Of a stretch of DNA of 64,000 nucleotides, positions 18,087 through 27,416 are shown in pieces (position 1 is the first letter of the stretch; every line of letters begins with the position of its first letter). The DNA comes from a virus. The translations under genes and the position numbers were made by a program. The notes under the pieces were generated by a model, which was given only the letters and a program-made list of their open reading frames with translations, ran no database searches and was not told where the DNA came from. The stretch spans positions 15,540 through 79,539 of the IMG/VR virus record IMGVR_UViG_3300032249_001164. One strand, 5' to 3'.

Positions 18087-18727
18087 TAAGATAGTCCCGG
18101 TGTCTTAATTTGCATTCCTCGGGCCAGGTCTCTTTGCAAGCTACCACCCCGAGCATACGTTGGAAACCAGTCCTTCTCCGCCGTTATTGCGGAGTCAAAT
18201 TCCATGGGATTTCCCTTTGCGTCATATCTTGGGGCTTGGCTTAATTGATACCTGTAGTGCTCTACTTGAGCCCCTTCTGCAAAGTTATAGGGACGGAAAC
18301 CCTCTTCAACAAAATTTTTGATTGGAGGGTCTGCGGGTCGATAAAAATTACCCTCAACCATGTCCAGGGCTTCAGCAGCATAAGGAGCGGTGTTAACTAT
18401 GTTGAAAACTGTGGCCTGCCTGCTTTCGAGAGCTTTTTCAAAAATTTTTAATGGGAAGTTTCTGTATGTGTATTCATAAACGCTGCTCAGCTCTGGAATC
18501 CTGCGCTGTCGAGGGCTTCCACCAGCTGGAACAATATCCCAGGAGGCCGAGAACTCACCAGACCAGGCAGGGCCAGCCTCTGATAACCCGTTGCAAATTT
18601 CGACGCCTGCATTCCTGATTTGCTTGGCAAGCTCTGTGTTGATTTGTTTCATTAGGTCTCTGGCTATGGATTTCTCCATGCCGCCACGGCTGCCACTGAA
18701 GCGGCCTCGGCCATTGGAACGTGCCAC
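18086..18727 (-). CDS. Neck protein (HK97 gp10-like)
   Basis: 'GPAWSGEFSASW...IVNTAPYA' resembles the PVxTGxLxxSW...NxxxYA pattern. Confidence 0.65.
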   Translation of the reverse strand: MARSNGRGRFSGSRGGMEKSIARDLMKQINTELAKQIRNAGVEICNGLSEAGPAWSGEFSASWDIVPAGGSPRQRRIPELSSVYEYTYRNFPLKIFEKALESRQATVFNIVNTAPYAAEALDMVEGNFYRPADPPIKNFVEEGFRPYNFAEGAQVEHYRYQLSQAPRYDAKGNPMEFDSAITAEKDWFPTYARGGSLQRDLARGMQIKTPGLS

Positions 18728-19105
18728 TTAACTCACCTTTGCGATAACAGTGTGCATGATCGGGTTGTCGCCTCGATAATGATTCTGATCAACGATTTTT
18801 GCGGTACGAATGACACCGGCCTCGGTGTAGCGAATCGAATCAGTTGACTGTGGGTAGTAGCTTCCCAGGTAAGTGGCTGGAATAATGAATTTAATCACTC
18901 GCTGCTGGTAAAAGCCTTCCCTCTCTTTCGCTGTCAACTTTGCAGGTGAAGCTTTTATCGGAATTTCTGTGCTGGTTCCAAGTACAACGCCGCTTTGAGG
19001 GTCGTAGCTTTGGCTTTGGGAAGCCTTGATATAGACAGCGCTGATTCCCCACTGATCGATCAGTGGACCAGGTAGCGACCCAAATACATCATCAACAAGA
19101 GACAT
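18728..19105 (-). CDS. Head closure / head-tail joining protein
   Basis: 125 aa with 'SYDPQSG'; position in the neck cluster. Confidence 0.6.
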   Translation of the reverse strand: MSLVDDVFGSLPGPLIDQWGISAVYIKASQSQSYDPQSGVVLGTSTEIPIKASPAKLTAKEREGFYQQRVIKFIIPATYLGSYYPQSTDSIRYTEAGVIRTAKIVDQNHYRGDNPIMHTVIAKVS

Positions 19106-19107
19106 GG

Positions 19108-19770
19108 CTAGAACCTGTTGCTCCAGCTGCCACCATAGGGCCAGAGCTGGCCGTTGATGTAGCGCACGCTTGACGCCCTCTGCCCCGAAATAAATCCTCT
19201 ATAGCCAATGCGAGCCGTTGAACTGCGCTTAAGCCTTGGTTGACTGAAATCTCCACTAATCATGTATCTGGCAAAAATATCCATCGAGAAGGGAGGAATG
19301 AATAGCATTCCCGCTTGCGTCACTTGGTTTTTGTTGAATTTGACCGTCAGGCCTTCGCTGGTGCCGCCAAGAGTAACTTCGTCGTATTCACTGTTTTTAT
19401 ACCTAGTTGCGCCGCCATCGGCATTAGGGATTCCCGTGTAGCCACCACTGCTACCCAGGAATGCCGCCATGTAAGCAACGGCAACACCAAAATCAATTGG
19501 TAGTTCGTCGTCGGGAGCAAAATAGTAGTCTGCGACAATCCGCCTCGGCCAAGCCAGACTCTGTTCCTTCGATGCAGGTTGCCCCTTCCATCGCAAAGGA
19601 TTGACTGCCATTGCTGTAGCAACCAGGCTTTGCTCTTTTTGGGTGTTTGTCAGCGCAAGCCAGGCTGAAACCCCGAAGCTGGCCGGCAGCTCGGAGAGCA
19701 GGGTAGTGGCCTTCGCCACCGACAGGTAGGAGTTGGCGTCAGTCGCCCCCAGCGTCGAGACAAAGGCCAT
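19108..19770 (-). CDS. Head-tail adaptor (DnaT-like-domain family)
   Basis: 'DANSYLSVA...WKGQPASKEQSLAWPR' signature, just downstream of the capsid gene. Confidence 0.75.
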   Translation of the reverse strand: MAFVSTLGATDANSYLSVAKATTLLSELPASFGVSAWLALTNTQKEQSLVATAMAVNPLRWKGQPASKEQSLAWPRRIVADYYFAPDDELPIDFGVAVAYMAAFLGSSGGYTGIPNADGGATRYKNSEYDEVTLGGTSEGLTVKFNKNQVTQAGMLFIPPFSMDIFARYMISGDFSQPRLKRSSTARIGYRGFISGQRASSVRYINGQLWPYGGSWSNRF

Positions 19771-19779
19771 GATTCATCC

Positions 19780-20019
19780 TCAGGCGGCTCTAGGAGGAGC
19801 CTTGGGCTTAGGTTTTGCCACAGCAGCCGCAGTCTCCTTGTTGAGGGGCTCTGGCTGCCCAGCAAGGGGCTCCTCTGCCCTCGCGGACGACATCGGGTAA
19901 GCCTGCTCGGCCTGGGCCGCTTCAGCGGCTAGCTGCTCAGCCTGGCGTTTAATAGCAGCTTCAGCCTCTATCGCTTGCTCTGCGGCCTCGCGGCGCATTC
20001 TGAAAATACCGGCGCTCAT
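19780..20019 (-). CDS. Small Ala/Glu-rich hypothetical protein
   Basis: 79-aa ORF filling the gap after the capsid terminator. Confidence 0.6.
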   Translation of the reverse strand: MSAGIFRMRREAAEQAIEAEAAIKRQAEQLAAEAAQAEQAYPMSSARAEEPLAGQPEPLNKETAAAVAKPKPKAPPRAA

Positions 20020-20038
20020 GATTTGTCGTGGATAGTTG

Positions 20039-20060
20039 AAAAGCCCCGGAGAGCCGGGGC
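20039..20060 (-). terminator. Intrinsic terminator after the major capsid gene
   Basis: GCCCCGG-CTCT-CCGGGGC-TTTT. Confidence 0.8.
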
Positions 20061-20079
20061 CACGATCTTAATCGTTGGA

Positions 20080-21069
20080 TCAGATGTAGCACCGCATCCG
20101 GGTGATCCGAATGTTGCGATCGTCATCAAATACCTTGACCCAGTTACCGGGAGTTGCGAGTTCCGCGTTAGTAGGGCCGGCGGGGGCTGCGGCATTACCC
20201 CTCCAGCTCACGCCATTCGGATGAATGAGGTAATAGGCCCTGTTTATCAAAAATTCAATACCCAGGAACTTGTCTCGATCGGTCTCTACCGGGTACTTGG
20301 GTTGGTCGTTTGCATAGGAAAAAGCACCCTTACCGAAGAAAAAGGTCTGATAAATGGGAAGGCTACCACCACCACCACCAGTGGTGTCAAATGGCAGCTT
20401 GTCGTCTACAAACACTGGGCGACCCAAATAGCTACCTTTTTCCAGGGTTTCGCCACTCACCCTGGTATCTGTCTGAGAGGCGGATGAAGACGGAACAATC
20501 AAGTCCAGTTTCATTAACGCATAGTATATAGCTGAGTGCATCATCACACCTGTTAGCTCGTCGCCAGCGTCGCCAAGTTTGGCGATACCGTCAACCATCA
20601 GGCTCTGGGAAAGCTGGGCAGATGCACCGCCTACGGCGTGACTGGTTGCGAGGGGGCCACCAGTGCTAAACAGACCATTCATGATACTGCGAGCCGTAAC
20701 CTGCATATCACGAATCCAGTAGCGACCAGTGCTACGGGCAATAGCTTGAGCCGGGTCGCTACCGGAGATAGCTGCGGCGAGGTCGCTGGAGCGAAACGAC
20801 TTTCGACGCTTGTTCCTGACGCCAACCTGAACGTCACCGCCGATGTCAGCTGGGTTAGATGCGGTAGTATCGGAGTCGATTTCCGAATCGCCAGTCAAGT
20901 CGCCATAGAAGGGCAGATCGACAGTCTTACCACCTTTGGCAAATTCAGCCTGAATAGCCGGGTTTGTGGCCATTAAACCAGATGTCACCAAAGCATTTTT
21001 GTCACGAATCTCTTCTTGCTGATAGCTGAAGAAAAGCTCAGGAATGAGGGGAACGCCCGAGAGGAGCAT
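20080..21069 (-). CDS. Major capsid protein
   Basis: 329 aa; 'IPELF...GGKTVDLPFYGDLTGD...SDLAAAISGSDP...MHSAIY...YLGRPVFVDD...VETDRD...HPNG' HK97-fold coat pattern; own terminator. Confidence 0.9.
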   Translation of the reverse strand: MLLSGVPLIPELFFSYQQEEIRDKNALVTSGLMATNPAIQAEFAKGGKTVDLPFYGDLTGDSEIDSDTTASNPADIGGDVQVGVRNKRRKSFRSSDLAAAISGSDPAQAIARSTGRYWIRDMQVTARSIMNGLFSTGGPLATSHAVGGASAQLSQSLMVDGIAKLGDAGDELTGVMMHSAIYYALMKLDLIVPSSSASQTDTRVSGETLEKGSYLGRPVFVDDKLPFDTTGGGGGSLPIYQTFFFGKGAFSYANDQPKYPVETDRDKFLGIEFLINRAYYLIHPNGVSWRGNAAAPAGPTNAELATPGNWVKVFDDDRNIRITRMRCYI

Positions 21070-21179
21070 TGTCTTGGTAGCGGAGAACGGATTCGCGGCC
21101 TAGCCGCTTTTGATTCAGCTTCACAGCACCGCTGCCCTTGCTGCGAGGCACCGCCTCTCTTGCCAAGATAATAGCCAAG

Positions 21180-21204
21180 AAAAAACCGGGCCCTCCAGCC
21201 CGGT
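21180..21204 (-). terminator. Intrinsic terminator upstream of the capsid leader
   Basis: ACCGGGC-TGGAGG-GCCCGGT followed by a T run. Confidence 0.75.
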
Positions 21205-21302
21205 CCGTATCTCATGCCAGATCCAATGTAATCCGGCTAGCTGCTTGCGAAAAACAAAGTGTGCAAACCAAGAAAATACAGGTCTGTAGCCTGGGATACA
21301 AA

Positions 21303-21602
21303 TCAGTTGAGAGTGTAGCCCTTTGCAAGAAAAGCAGCCACCATGGCAGTTCGCTTGCCAGCGGTCATTGCAGTAAAACCAGCAGTGCCGGTATATGTAA
21401 TAGTTTTGGTGCCGGTGACAGTGGGAGCGGCGGCGAGCAGTTCATCAAGCTGAGCCTCGGTGAAAGCATCAGGCAGGACAAACGTCCAGTTCTTCATGCC
21501 ACGAGTGCAAAGAACGATGGAGGACAGGATTTCATCGACTGCGGTGGCCGACTGGAGGCCGCGCATGTTGGTGGAGGAACGGTAAACGCCGGAGACGGTC
21601 AT
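21303..21602 (-). CDS. Hypothetical protein, possible capsid decoration protein
   Basis: 99 aa, Thr/Ala-rich; preceded by the late-promoter motif and followed by a terminator. Confidence 0.55.
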   Translation of the reverse strand: MTVSGVYRSSTNMRGLQSATAVDEILSSIVLCTRGMKNWTFVLPDAFTEAQLDELLAAAPTVTGTKTITYTGTAGFTAMTAGKRTAMVAAFLAKGYTLN

Positions 21603-21734
21603 CGAGCAGGAATGTGACTATGGGCCAAGTCTAGCCGCTTGAAGGGTGTTGATAGTCCTAGCGAAACGCATCCTCAAGCGCCCGTTGGATAGCACTCGCT
21701 GAAGGTAGAGAGGCTGAGCCAATGCCTAGCTGAG

Positions 21735-22067
21735 TTAGAACAAATAGTTCAAGGGAATGAAAAATAAAATTACGCTCCATTTTACCCTATGGCTCCAGTA
21801 TTTTGCGCTTAACTTAGTTGTAGGTTTACCCTGTGCATCATGCCTTGCGTAATACCTCCGCTTTCTCGCTTTATCCTCTTTTGTTTTGGGGTTGCTGCCG
21901 GCACCCTCAACGCCTTGTTGGCCAAAACGAATCACTTTGTAAGTCTCGCCCTCCTTGGCCATCACTACATGGGACTTGGTGCGATGACCCGGAGTTTTCT
22001 TGGGCTTGTTTATTCCAGACAGCCCAAGTTCTTTTATTTTGTTTTTGACGCGCTCGGGGACTGCCAT
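21735..22067 (-). CDS. Basic conserved phage protein
   Basis: 'KSHVVMAK...VIRFGQQG...RRYYARH...SAKYWS' is a motif I recognise from small basic phage proteins. Confidence 0.65.
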   Translation of the reverse strand: MAVPERVKNKIKELGLSGINKPKKTPGHRTKSHVVMAKEGETYKVIRFGQQGVEGAGSNPKTKEDKARKRRYYARHDAQGKPTTKLSAKYWSHRVKWSVILFFIPLNYLF

Positions 22068-22069
22068 GG

Positions 22070-22360
22070 CTACGCTCTTTTTTTGAGTTTGACTGATTCT
22101 AGCGCTTGCATCTCTTGCCGAATCAGCGCTTCTGCTCGCTTCATTCGTCCGCTGTCATTCGTGATCTCCTGGGATGCTCGCAAAGTGCGCAAATCGTCCT
22201 GGGCTTGCCACAGAGCCATCTTTCGCTTCTCGGCGGCAGAGGTTCCGGGAACTGATTCAGTCCCCAAGTTCTTGGTCGAAGATGTTTGAGGCTTCTTCGT
22301 TTGAGGCTTCTTCGCTGAAGGCTTCTTCGTTGATGGTTTTCTTTGTGGCATGAAAAGCAT
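22070..22360 (-). CDS. Lys-rich hypothetical protein
   Basis: KKP(S/Q) repeats encoded by 15-bp tandem units; preceded by the late-promoter motif. Confidence 0.6.
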   Translation of the reverse strand: MLFMPQRKPSTKKPSAKKPQTKKPQTSSTKNLGTESVPGTSAAEKRKMALWQAQDDLRTLRASQEITNDSGRMKRAEALIRQEMQALESVKLKKRA

Positions 22361-22380
22361 TGAGCCGACCTCGCCAAAGT

Positions 22381-22683
22381 CTAGCGACGTGACCTTCGCC
22401 CGCTAGATGCCAGCCTGCGATTGTTGCCGTGACCATTTCTAGCCCTATTGGTTGATGGATTCTCCCTTCTAAGCCCGCCACCTACCGTGTGGCTTAGGTC
22501 GCCGCCACCCTTGCCAGCAATGCCGCGAGCACGGCGCTCCCTAGAAAGTTCAGCCCTGTATTTTTTGCGTTCAGGGGTCGAGTGATACTCCTTGTCATAG
22601 ACAGCTTTCTTTTTGCGAGCTTCTGGGTTGCTGGCGTAGAAAACAGCGGTCCTGCGTTTGTTTTTGACAGGCTTTGGCGCCAT
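22381..22683 (-). CDS. Basic protein, degenerate HNH-like
   Basis: Likely start MAPKPVKNK at 22683; 'GGGDLSHT...ENPSTNRARN' resembles minimal HNH-like phage proteins. Confidence 0.5.
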   Translation of the reverse strand: MAPKPVKNKRRTAVFYASNPEARKKKAVYDKEYHSTPERKKYRAELSRERRARGIAGKGGGDLSHTVGGGLRRENPSTNRARNGHGNNRRLASSGRRSRR

Positions 22684-22807
22684 GGTAAATCCCCCCCCCT
22701 TGAGCGGTATCGGAGCTTTGGTAGTACAAAAGAATTTTAGCCAAGAAAAAAGCCCCATTCCAAAACTGGAACAGAGCCCTTTCTTCCTTCCAGCCAAGCT
22801 TGGCACA

Positions 22808-23647
22808 TTAGTAGCCGATTACCGAAGCAAGAATTGGATCAAGGTTGCCACGGGCGCGAGCCTGCTGCACCAGACGCTGTGCTAGCGCTCTATCACGCAT
22901 GATGATTTCAGTCGCTTTGGTTGCATTGCCGGAGCCGCTCGGTCCCCTCATAAATGGATTCTCGTTTACGGGTGTGGATGAGCGAGAAGTGGGTAGCCCT
23001 GAGCCAGATGCAACGACGCCGGGAAAGTAAATCGAGTATTCATCGTCTCTTTCGAGATTACTAATAGCATCCGAAACATTTACCGGATTCTCTTCTGATC
23101 CGTAAACAACTGTTTCGTCGTCATCAAGGAGCCGAAACTGACTGCCTTGCAAAGCGTACACATGCGCCGGGCGCTTGCAGCCGGCTTTTTCTAGTTCCTG
23201 CATCACAACGGATCGCTTAAATCCATCAAGTCGCGCTTTTCGCTCCTGTTGTTTTTCCTGCTCCGTTTGCTGCAGCTTCGTGTTTAATTGATCCATCTGC
23301 TTTTGCATCGAAGTGAGGGTGGCACGTAAGACCTCATCAGCGGCACTGGAAGTGGTGCCCGGAGCCGAAGGTTCACCGGATGCAGAGGCCGGAGGGGTGC
23401 CGGCAGGAGTGCCATCAGCGCTAGATGCGGCCCTGGCTGCAAGTAGTTCCGCGATTCGGTCTTCAGCATCTTCGCTTGATAGGTCGATCCCAGCCGCCTT
23501 GACCAAGCGATCAACGCCTTTCTTTTTCTGTAGATCGCTCAGTAAGCCGGTCTTGGTGCGCTCCAGCGCCTGCAGCTTTGTTTCACTCTCTTGCCGCTTT
23601 GCCTCGCTCTCCTCTAGTAGCGCTTGCAGTTCTTCGATGGTCAGCAC
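22808..23647 (-). CDS. Capsid scaffolding protein
   Basis: Coiled-coil 279 aa between portal and capsid; C-terminal 'ASGSG...ENPF...NAT'. Confidence 0.75.
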   Translation of the reverse strand: MLTIEELQALLEESEAKRQESETKLQALERTKTGLLSDLQKKKGVDRLVKAAGIDLSSEDAEDRIAELLAARAASSADGTPAGTPPASASGEPSAPGTTSSAADEVLRATLTSMQKQMDQLNTKLQQTEQEKQQERKARLDGFKRSVVMQELEKAGCKRPAHVYALQGSQFRLLDDDETVVYGSEENPVNVSDAISNLERDDEYSIYFPGVVASGSGLPTSRSSTPVNENPFMRGPSGSGNATKATEIIMRDRALAQRLVQQARARGNLDPILASVIGY

Positions 23648-23678
23648 AGATTAAAGGTGTAACTACCTGAACTATAGC

Positions 23679-25352
23679 TCAAGACTCGCTTTGCTCATCC
23701 ACATGCTCGGGTAGCTCCCCATCGGCCCCGCCACCTACTGACTCCTGGGGATCGTTTTGGACGTAGAGCCTGTTATTGGCATCGCCCTGCGCTGGCCTTG
23801 GCTTGACAATCTCGGACCTGCGCTCCGAGCCTTTGAGGCCCATTTTCTCAAGCAGGGTTTTGACACTGAAACCATGCATTCCCTCAAACATTTCACCAGC
23901 CTCAAGCATTTCAAGGAAAGTTTGAATGGGGATAGCCTCAGAATCTTTATAGAGAGAGTTGATAGCGATAACTTGTTGGCTATGGAGCTTAGCTGGAATA
24001 AAATTCTTGCTAAGCGCAACTTTTACGAATGGATATGCGTCAGCCCTGTATCCAGACGCATACCACAATGCTCGATTGAGGCAGTCTTGTAGCGAACCGA
24101 TCAAAACAGCAAGCTGGGAGTCCGATTGCGACCTATCAAGAAGCTTTGCAACGCCAGACTCTATCTGATTCTTACCTGAGGCGATTGCAATGGCGGCAAG
24201 GCGGTCCATCGCGTTTTCGATTCTACCAAGCTGCTTGAGTGTCGTCTCGGCGCCATCCATACCAGGGGATACCATACCAAATCTTGCATTTTCATTTCTA
24301 CTGAAAAGACTGCGACCAGACCCAGCCCATACCTCTTCATCAGGACTGACGCCAGTGCCAGTTAAAAGCGGAGAAGAATTTAAGTGAATCGTTTCCGTTA
24401 AGTCAGCAGATGTCGCCCAGTGATGCAAATTTAGCCTTGCAATGTCAAATAGCAGAGGTCTTGCGCGGCAAAAAGCTTCTTCTTTCCCGCCGTAACAAGG
24501 CACAAACGGAATGTAGTTAATCGAAAGGAATGTTTCGCCGTTTTCCGGTATAATGTAACTGTCGGCAGCCCCTGAGGCATTTTTTTCGTAAATACGTACA
24601 CGAACATTTCCGCTTTTCTCTGGAATGTCATAAACCACAACAGTTGGCACCACTTCCTCGTAATGCTCGTTATCGAGGCTGGCTCTCCTGATTTCTGATT
24701 TAATCCTCAAGTAAACAACTCTTGCCTCGTAAGACGTAATATTGTTGATAGTAACAGGACCGTTTTCATGCCTGCAATCCAGAATATCATCAACCTTAAT
24801 AATTGTAAAGTATGGGCGCAGCTCCATACTACGTTGAACCGCTTTGTCGTCAGTGTCAACCCTGGGGTAATCTGCTATTAAGCCAGCAATTCCGCCGTTC
24901 AATGCTTCCGTGAACAGGGTTTTGGCGAAAGATGTGATCGACCTTCCTTCAAGGTTTACGTTTTCAAAAAACTTTTTCCATTCTTCTGTGAGTTCCTGTG
25001 GAAGAACTACGCCTTTCCTGAGAGCGGTACCGACGATGATGTCTACGTAGTGCGAATAAAACGGCTGAAAACAGGTCATCGCTCGCGTCATGCGAACGTT
25101 GTAACTCTCTTTTTGCTCTTGGAAGTCCTGTGGGATGTACTCGTCTATCGCTTCATCAAGATAAAACTCTGGTAGCGTGCAAAACTTGATAGGCAGAATC
25201 CGTGAAACTTGTTCTGCCTGGTCAGGTGAATATATGTCTACGCCCGTAACCTCTGCGTAAACTTTTTCTGTTTCAGGCGCCCTTCTGTCGAAAGGGGCTG
25301 GCAGATCATCGGCACTCAAGACGATGGAATTAGGAACGCCAATTGAGGGCAC
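23679..25352 (-). CDS. Portal protein (DUF4055-type)
   Basis: 557 aa after terL; 'YIPQ...E..ESYNVR', 'NVNLEG', 'IPFVPCY...PLLFDIARLNLHHW..SAD'. Confidence 0.88.
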   Translation of the reverse strand: MPSIGVPNSIVLSADDLPAPFDRRAPETEKVYAEVTGVDIYSPDQAEQVSRILPIKFCTLPEFYLDEAIDEYIPQDFQEQKESYNVRMTRAMTCFQPFYSHYVDIIVGTALRKGVVLPQELTEEWKKFFENVNLEGRSITSFAKTLFTEALNGGIAGLIADYPRVDTDDKAVQRSMELRPYFTIIKVDDILDCRHENGPVTINNITSYEARVVYLRIKSEIRRASLDNEHYEEVVPTVVVYDIPEKSGNVRVRIYEKNASGAADSYIIPENGETFLSINYIPFVPCYGGKEEAFCRARPLLFDIARLNLHHWATSADLTETIHLNSSPLLTGTGVSPDEEVWAGSGRSLFSRNENARFGMVSPGMDGAETTLKQLGRIENAMDRLAAIAIASGKNQIESGVAKLLDRSQSDSQLAVLIGSLQDCLNRALWYASGYRADAYPFVKVALSKNFIPAKLHSQQVIAINSLYKDSEAIPIQTFLEMLEAGEMFEGMHGFSVKTLLEKMGLKGSERRSEIVKPRPAQGDANNRLYVQNDPQESVGGGADGELPEHVDEQSES

Positions 25353-25515
25353 GGTGCCACGCTGTCAGGTGATCACAGTTTAACCAAAGCACAAAGGCCT
25401 TGGATTTCTCCAAAGCCCTCAAACAGCGAAGGCGATTGCGAACCTTCGCGCTTAACGTTTCAGCAGCCTTTTGTCATGCCCGCCGAAAGGCGACTGCTGG
25501 TGCATAGAAATCCTA

Positions 25516-26919
25516 TCATCTCCAGCGGCCACCATAACCAGCCCTAGCGCTAGCGCGTGGAAAGACCTGCCACAGTAAGTACCTTAAAGCATCTCCGATG
25601 TGCGAATGGTCAACAGCACCACCCTTTGATGGCTTCAATGTTTTGGAATCGTAAGACCAGCGCTCAGCCACGTTCATAGTGTTGTGACACGTTGTTGGAT
25701 TGAAAAGCACTAAATCGCGACGCATGTGAACGTTTGCGTGAGCCAGTGTATCCGCAATGTATGGGTTTTTGCTTTCTGTCAGAATTCTGACGCCAGCAGC
25801 AAGGAGGATCTCGTGATCAGTTTGTGTTGATGAAGTGGAATCATGGGAGCCGCTTGCATCTGGACAGCAAGTAATCAGGCCAGCCGCAAGGTGTCGTGGA
25901 TACTTTTGCTGAAGATGGGTTACTAGCGAGAAAGTGTCAGCCACTTTCGACTCTGCAAAACAGTGCAGCTCTTGACCCATTCGACCAGCCCTGACAACCC
26001 CGTACAGAGCGTGGCACTGGCCAACGTTGAAGTCCGCTCCAAATATAATCCGCTCTTCTGGTTCTGGTAGAAACACGCCAGTTGTATGCCTAGCCCTGTT
26101 GAATTCAAAGAAAACTGTAGCCGATTCAAGATTTACAAACTCACCATTAAGATAGGCTTTGACGAGCTGTGGATGGTACTTGCTTTTAAGATCTTCAACA
26201 AAACTTTTATCGAGGTAAGGATTGTCTTCCGATTTTCCGCGATACAACTCTTTGTTGTCTGCTTTCTGTTCCTCGAAGAATGTGTACATAAAGCCATAGC
26301 CCTCTGGCGTAGAAGCTGCGGCGATCTGAGGGCAGTTACCAACCCGTACACGACCCTGAAGCTTGATCATCGCCTTTTCCGCAATCTCCTGGGGAGTAGT
26401 ATCTGTTTCGTCAGAAGCAATGCTTGCTGCGTTGACACCAATTAGGCGTTGGTAGTTCTCCATTGAGCGAAGGAGAACAGGTGTTGGGCCACCGGGGAGA
26501 AGTAGCTTAAAGACTGGCCTGGGGGATACCTTAAAGGTGTGGGGAATGCTATACTTCTCCAGAAGTATGTTCCACTCTGGCAACGCAACGTCGTCAATTA
26601 GTGGAATTGTGGGTTCAAGGAATAAATGCGTAAACCCCTGGGACCTGAAACAAAGTAGAAGCTGCTTGCAAATCAAGGATCTTGTCTTTCCGCTGCCATA
26701 GCCTCCACAGAAACCCACGTACTTATGGCTAAAGTCTGTAACAAAGTTGCGCTGGTACGGAAGTAGGCCTTCAATAATTTTTACTTCAGCCGCTTTTACG
26801 TCAAATGTTGAATTGGCTCGGCGCTTAAACTTTTGCTTGACGCTTGCATCTGCCAGCAAGCCAAGACCGTTGGCTGCCGCTCGGTCGGCATAGGCACTGG
26901 ATCTTGATCGTGCTGGCAT
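25516..26919 (-). CDS. terL: Terminase large subunit
   Basis: Walker A GGYGSGKT, Walker B IASDE, STPEG motif, DNPYL, nuclease GADFN...DASG...HIGDALRY. Confidence 0.95.
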   Translation of the reverse strand: MPARSRSSAYADRAAANGLGLLADASVKQKFKRRANSTFDVKAAEVKIIEGLLPYQRNFVTDFSHKYVGFCGGYGSGKTRSLICKQLLLCFRSQGFTHLFLEPTIPLIDDVALPEWNILLEKYSIPHTFKVSPRPVFKLLLPGGPTPVLLRSMENYQRLIGVNAASIASDETDTTPQEIAEKAMIKLQGRVRVGNCPQIAAASTPEGYGFMYTFFEEQKADNKELYRGKSEDNPYLDKSFVEDLKSKYHPQLVKAYLNGEFVNLESATVFFEFNRARHTTGVFLPEPEERIIFGADFNVGQCHALYGVVRAGRMGQELHCFAESKVADTFSLVTHLQQKYPRHLAAGLITCCPDASGSHDSTSSTQTDHEILLAAGVRILTESKNPYIADTLAHANVHMRRDLVLFNPTTCHNTMNVAERWSYDSKTLKPSKGGAVDHSHIGDALRYLLWQVFPRASARAGYGGRWR

Positions 26920-27221
26920 TGCTACGTGTTACTGTCTTCAGGAATTTTTAGGCTTTGAACGTAAAAGCCAGTTTTGCATACTTTTAAGCAGAAATGACCG
27001 TGATGTTTGATGATTGCCTGATTGGACCTCAGTAATAACAACAGAAGGTCTCCACCGAAATTTAACACCAAAAATTAACGAAAGATTGCTCAGGTCTTGC
27101 CTTGGGCATGGACTTTTTGCGCTTGCAACACTGCCTAAAAACTGTAGCGCATCCCCACCGCCATCCCGCCCTCCGTGAATACAGGTAATTACCAAAACTC
27201 AATTGCATGACAGGCCGGCGT

Positions 27222-27416
27222 TCAGTTGTTGCGCACGGGTCCCGCTGACAGGGTTTGCTTCATTACCCAACCTGTAGCAGCTTTTTACATTATCCACGCT
27301 TGGAGTAACTGCTTAGCAATGGCTCTCAGTGTTGCTACGTCGCCCGTAGTATCGATGGCTCTCGAAAATCTTTCAATCTCAAATTCTTGGGAAGCAGTGA
27401 GCGCAAGTGGCTCCAT
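27222..27416 (-). pseudogene. nblA: NblA-like phycobilisome degradation protein with one in-frame TAA (27285-27287)
   Basis: MEPLALTASQEFEIERFSRAIDTTGDVATLRAIAKQLLQAWIM*KAATGWVMKQ...; LxxEQxF...LLxxxxxQK pattern and 64-codon length fit NblA; the stop sits where Gln is expected. Confidence 0.7.

Noticed and set aside
202-26445. Numerous short plus-strand ORFs in the ORF track over the structural module
   Set aside because: They are antisense shadows of long, motif-bearing minus-strand genes
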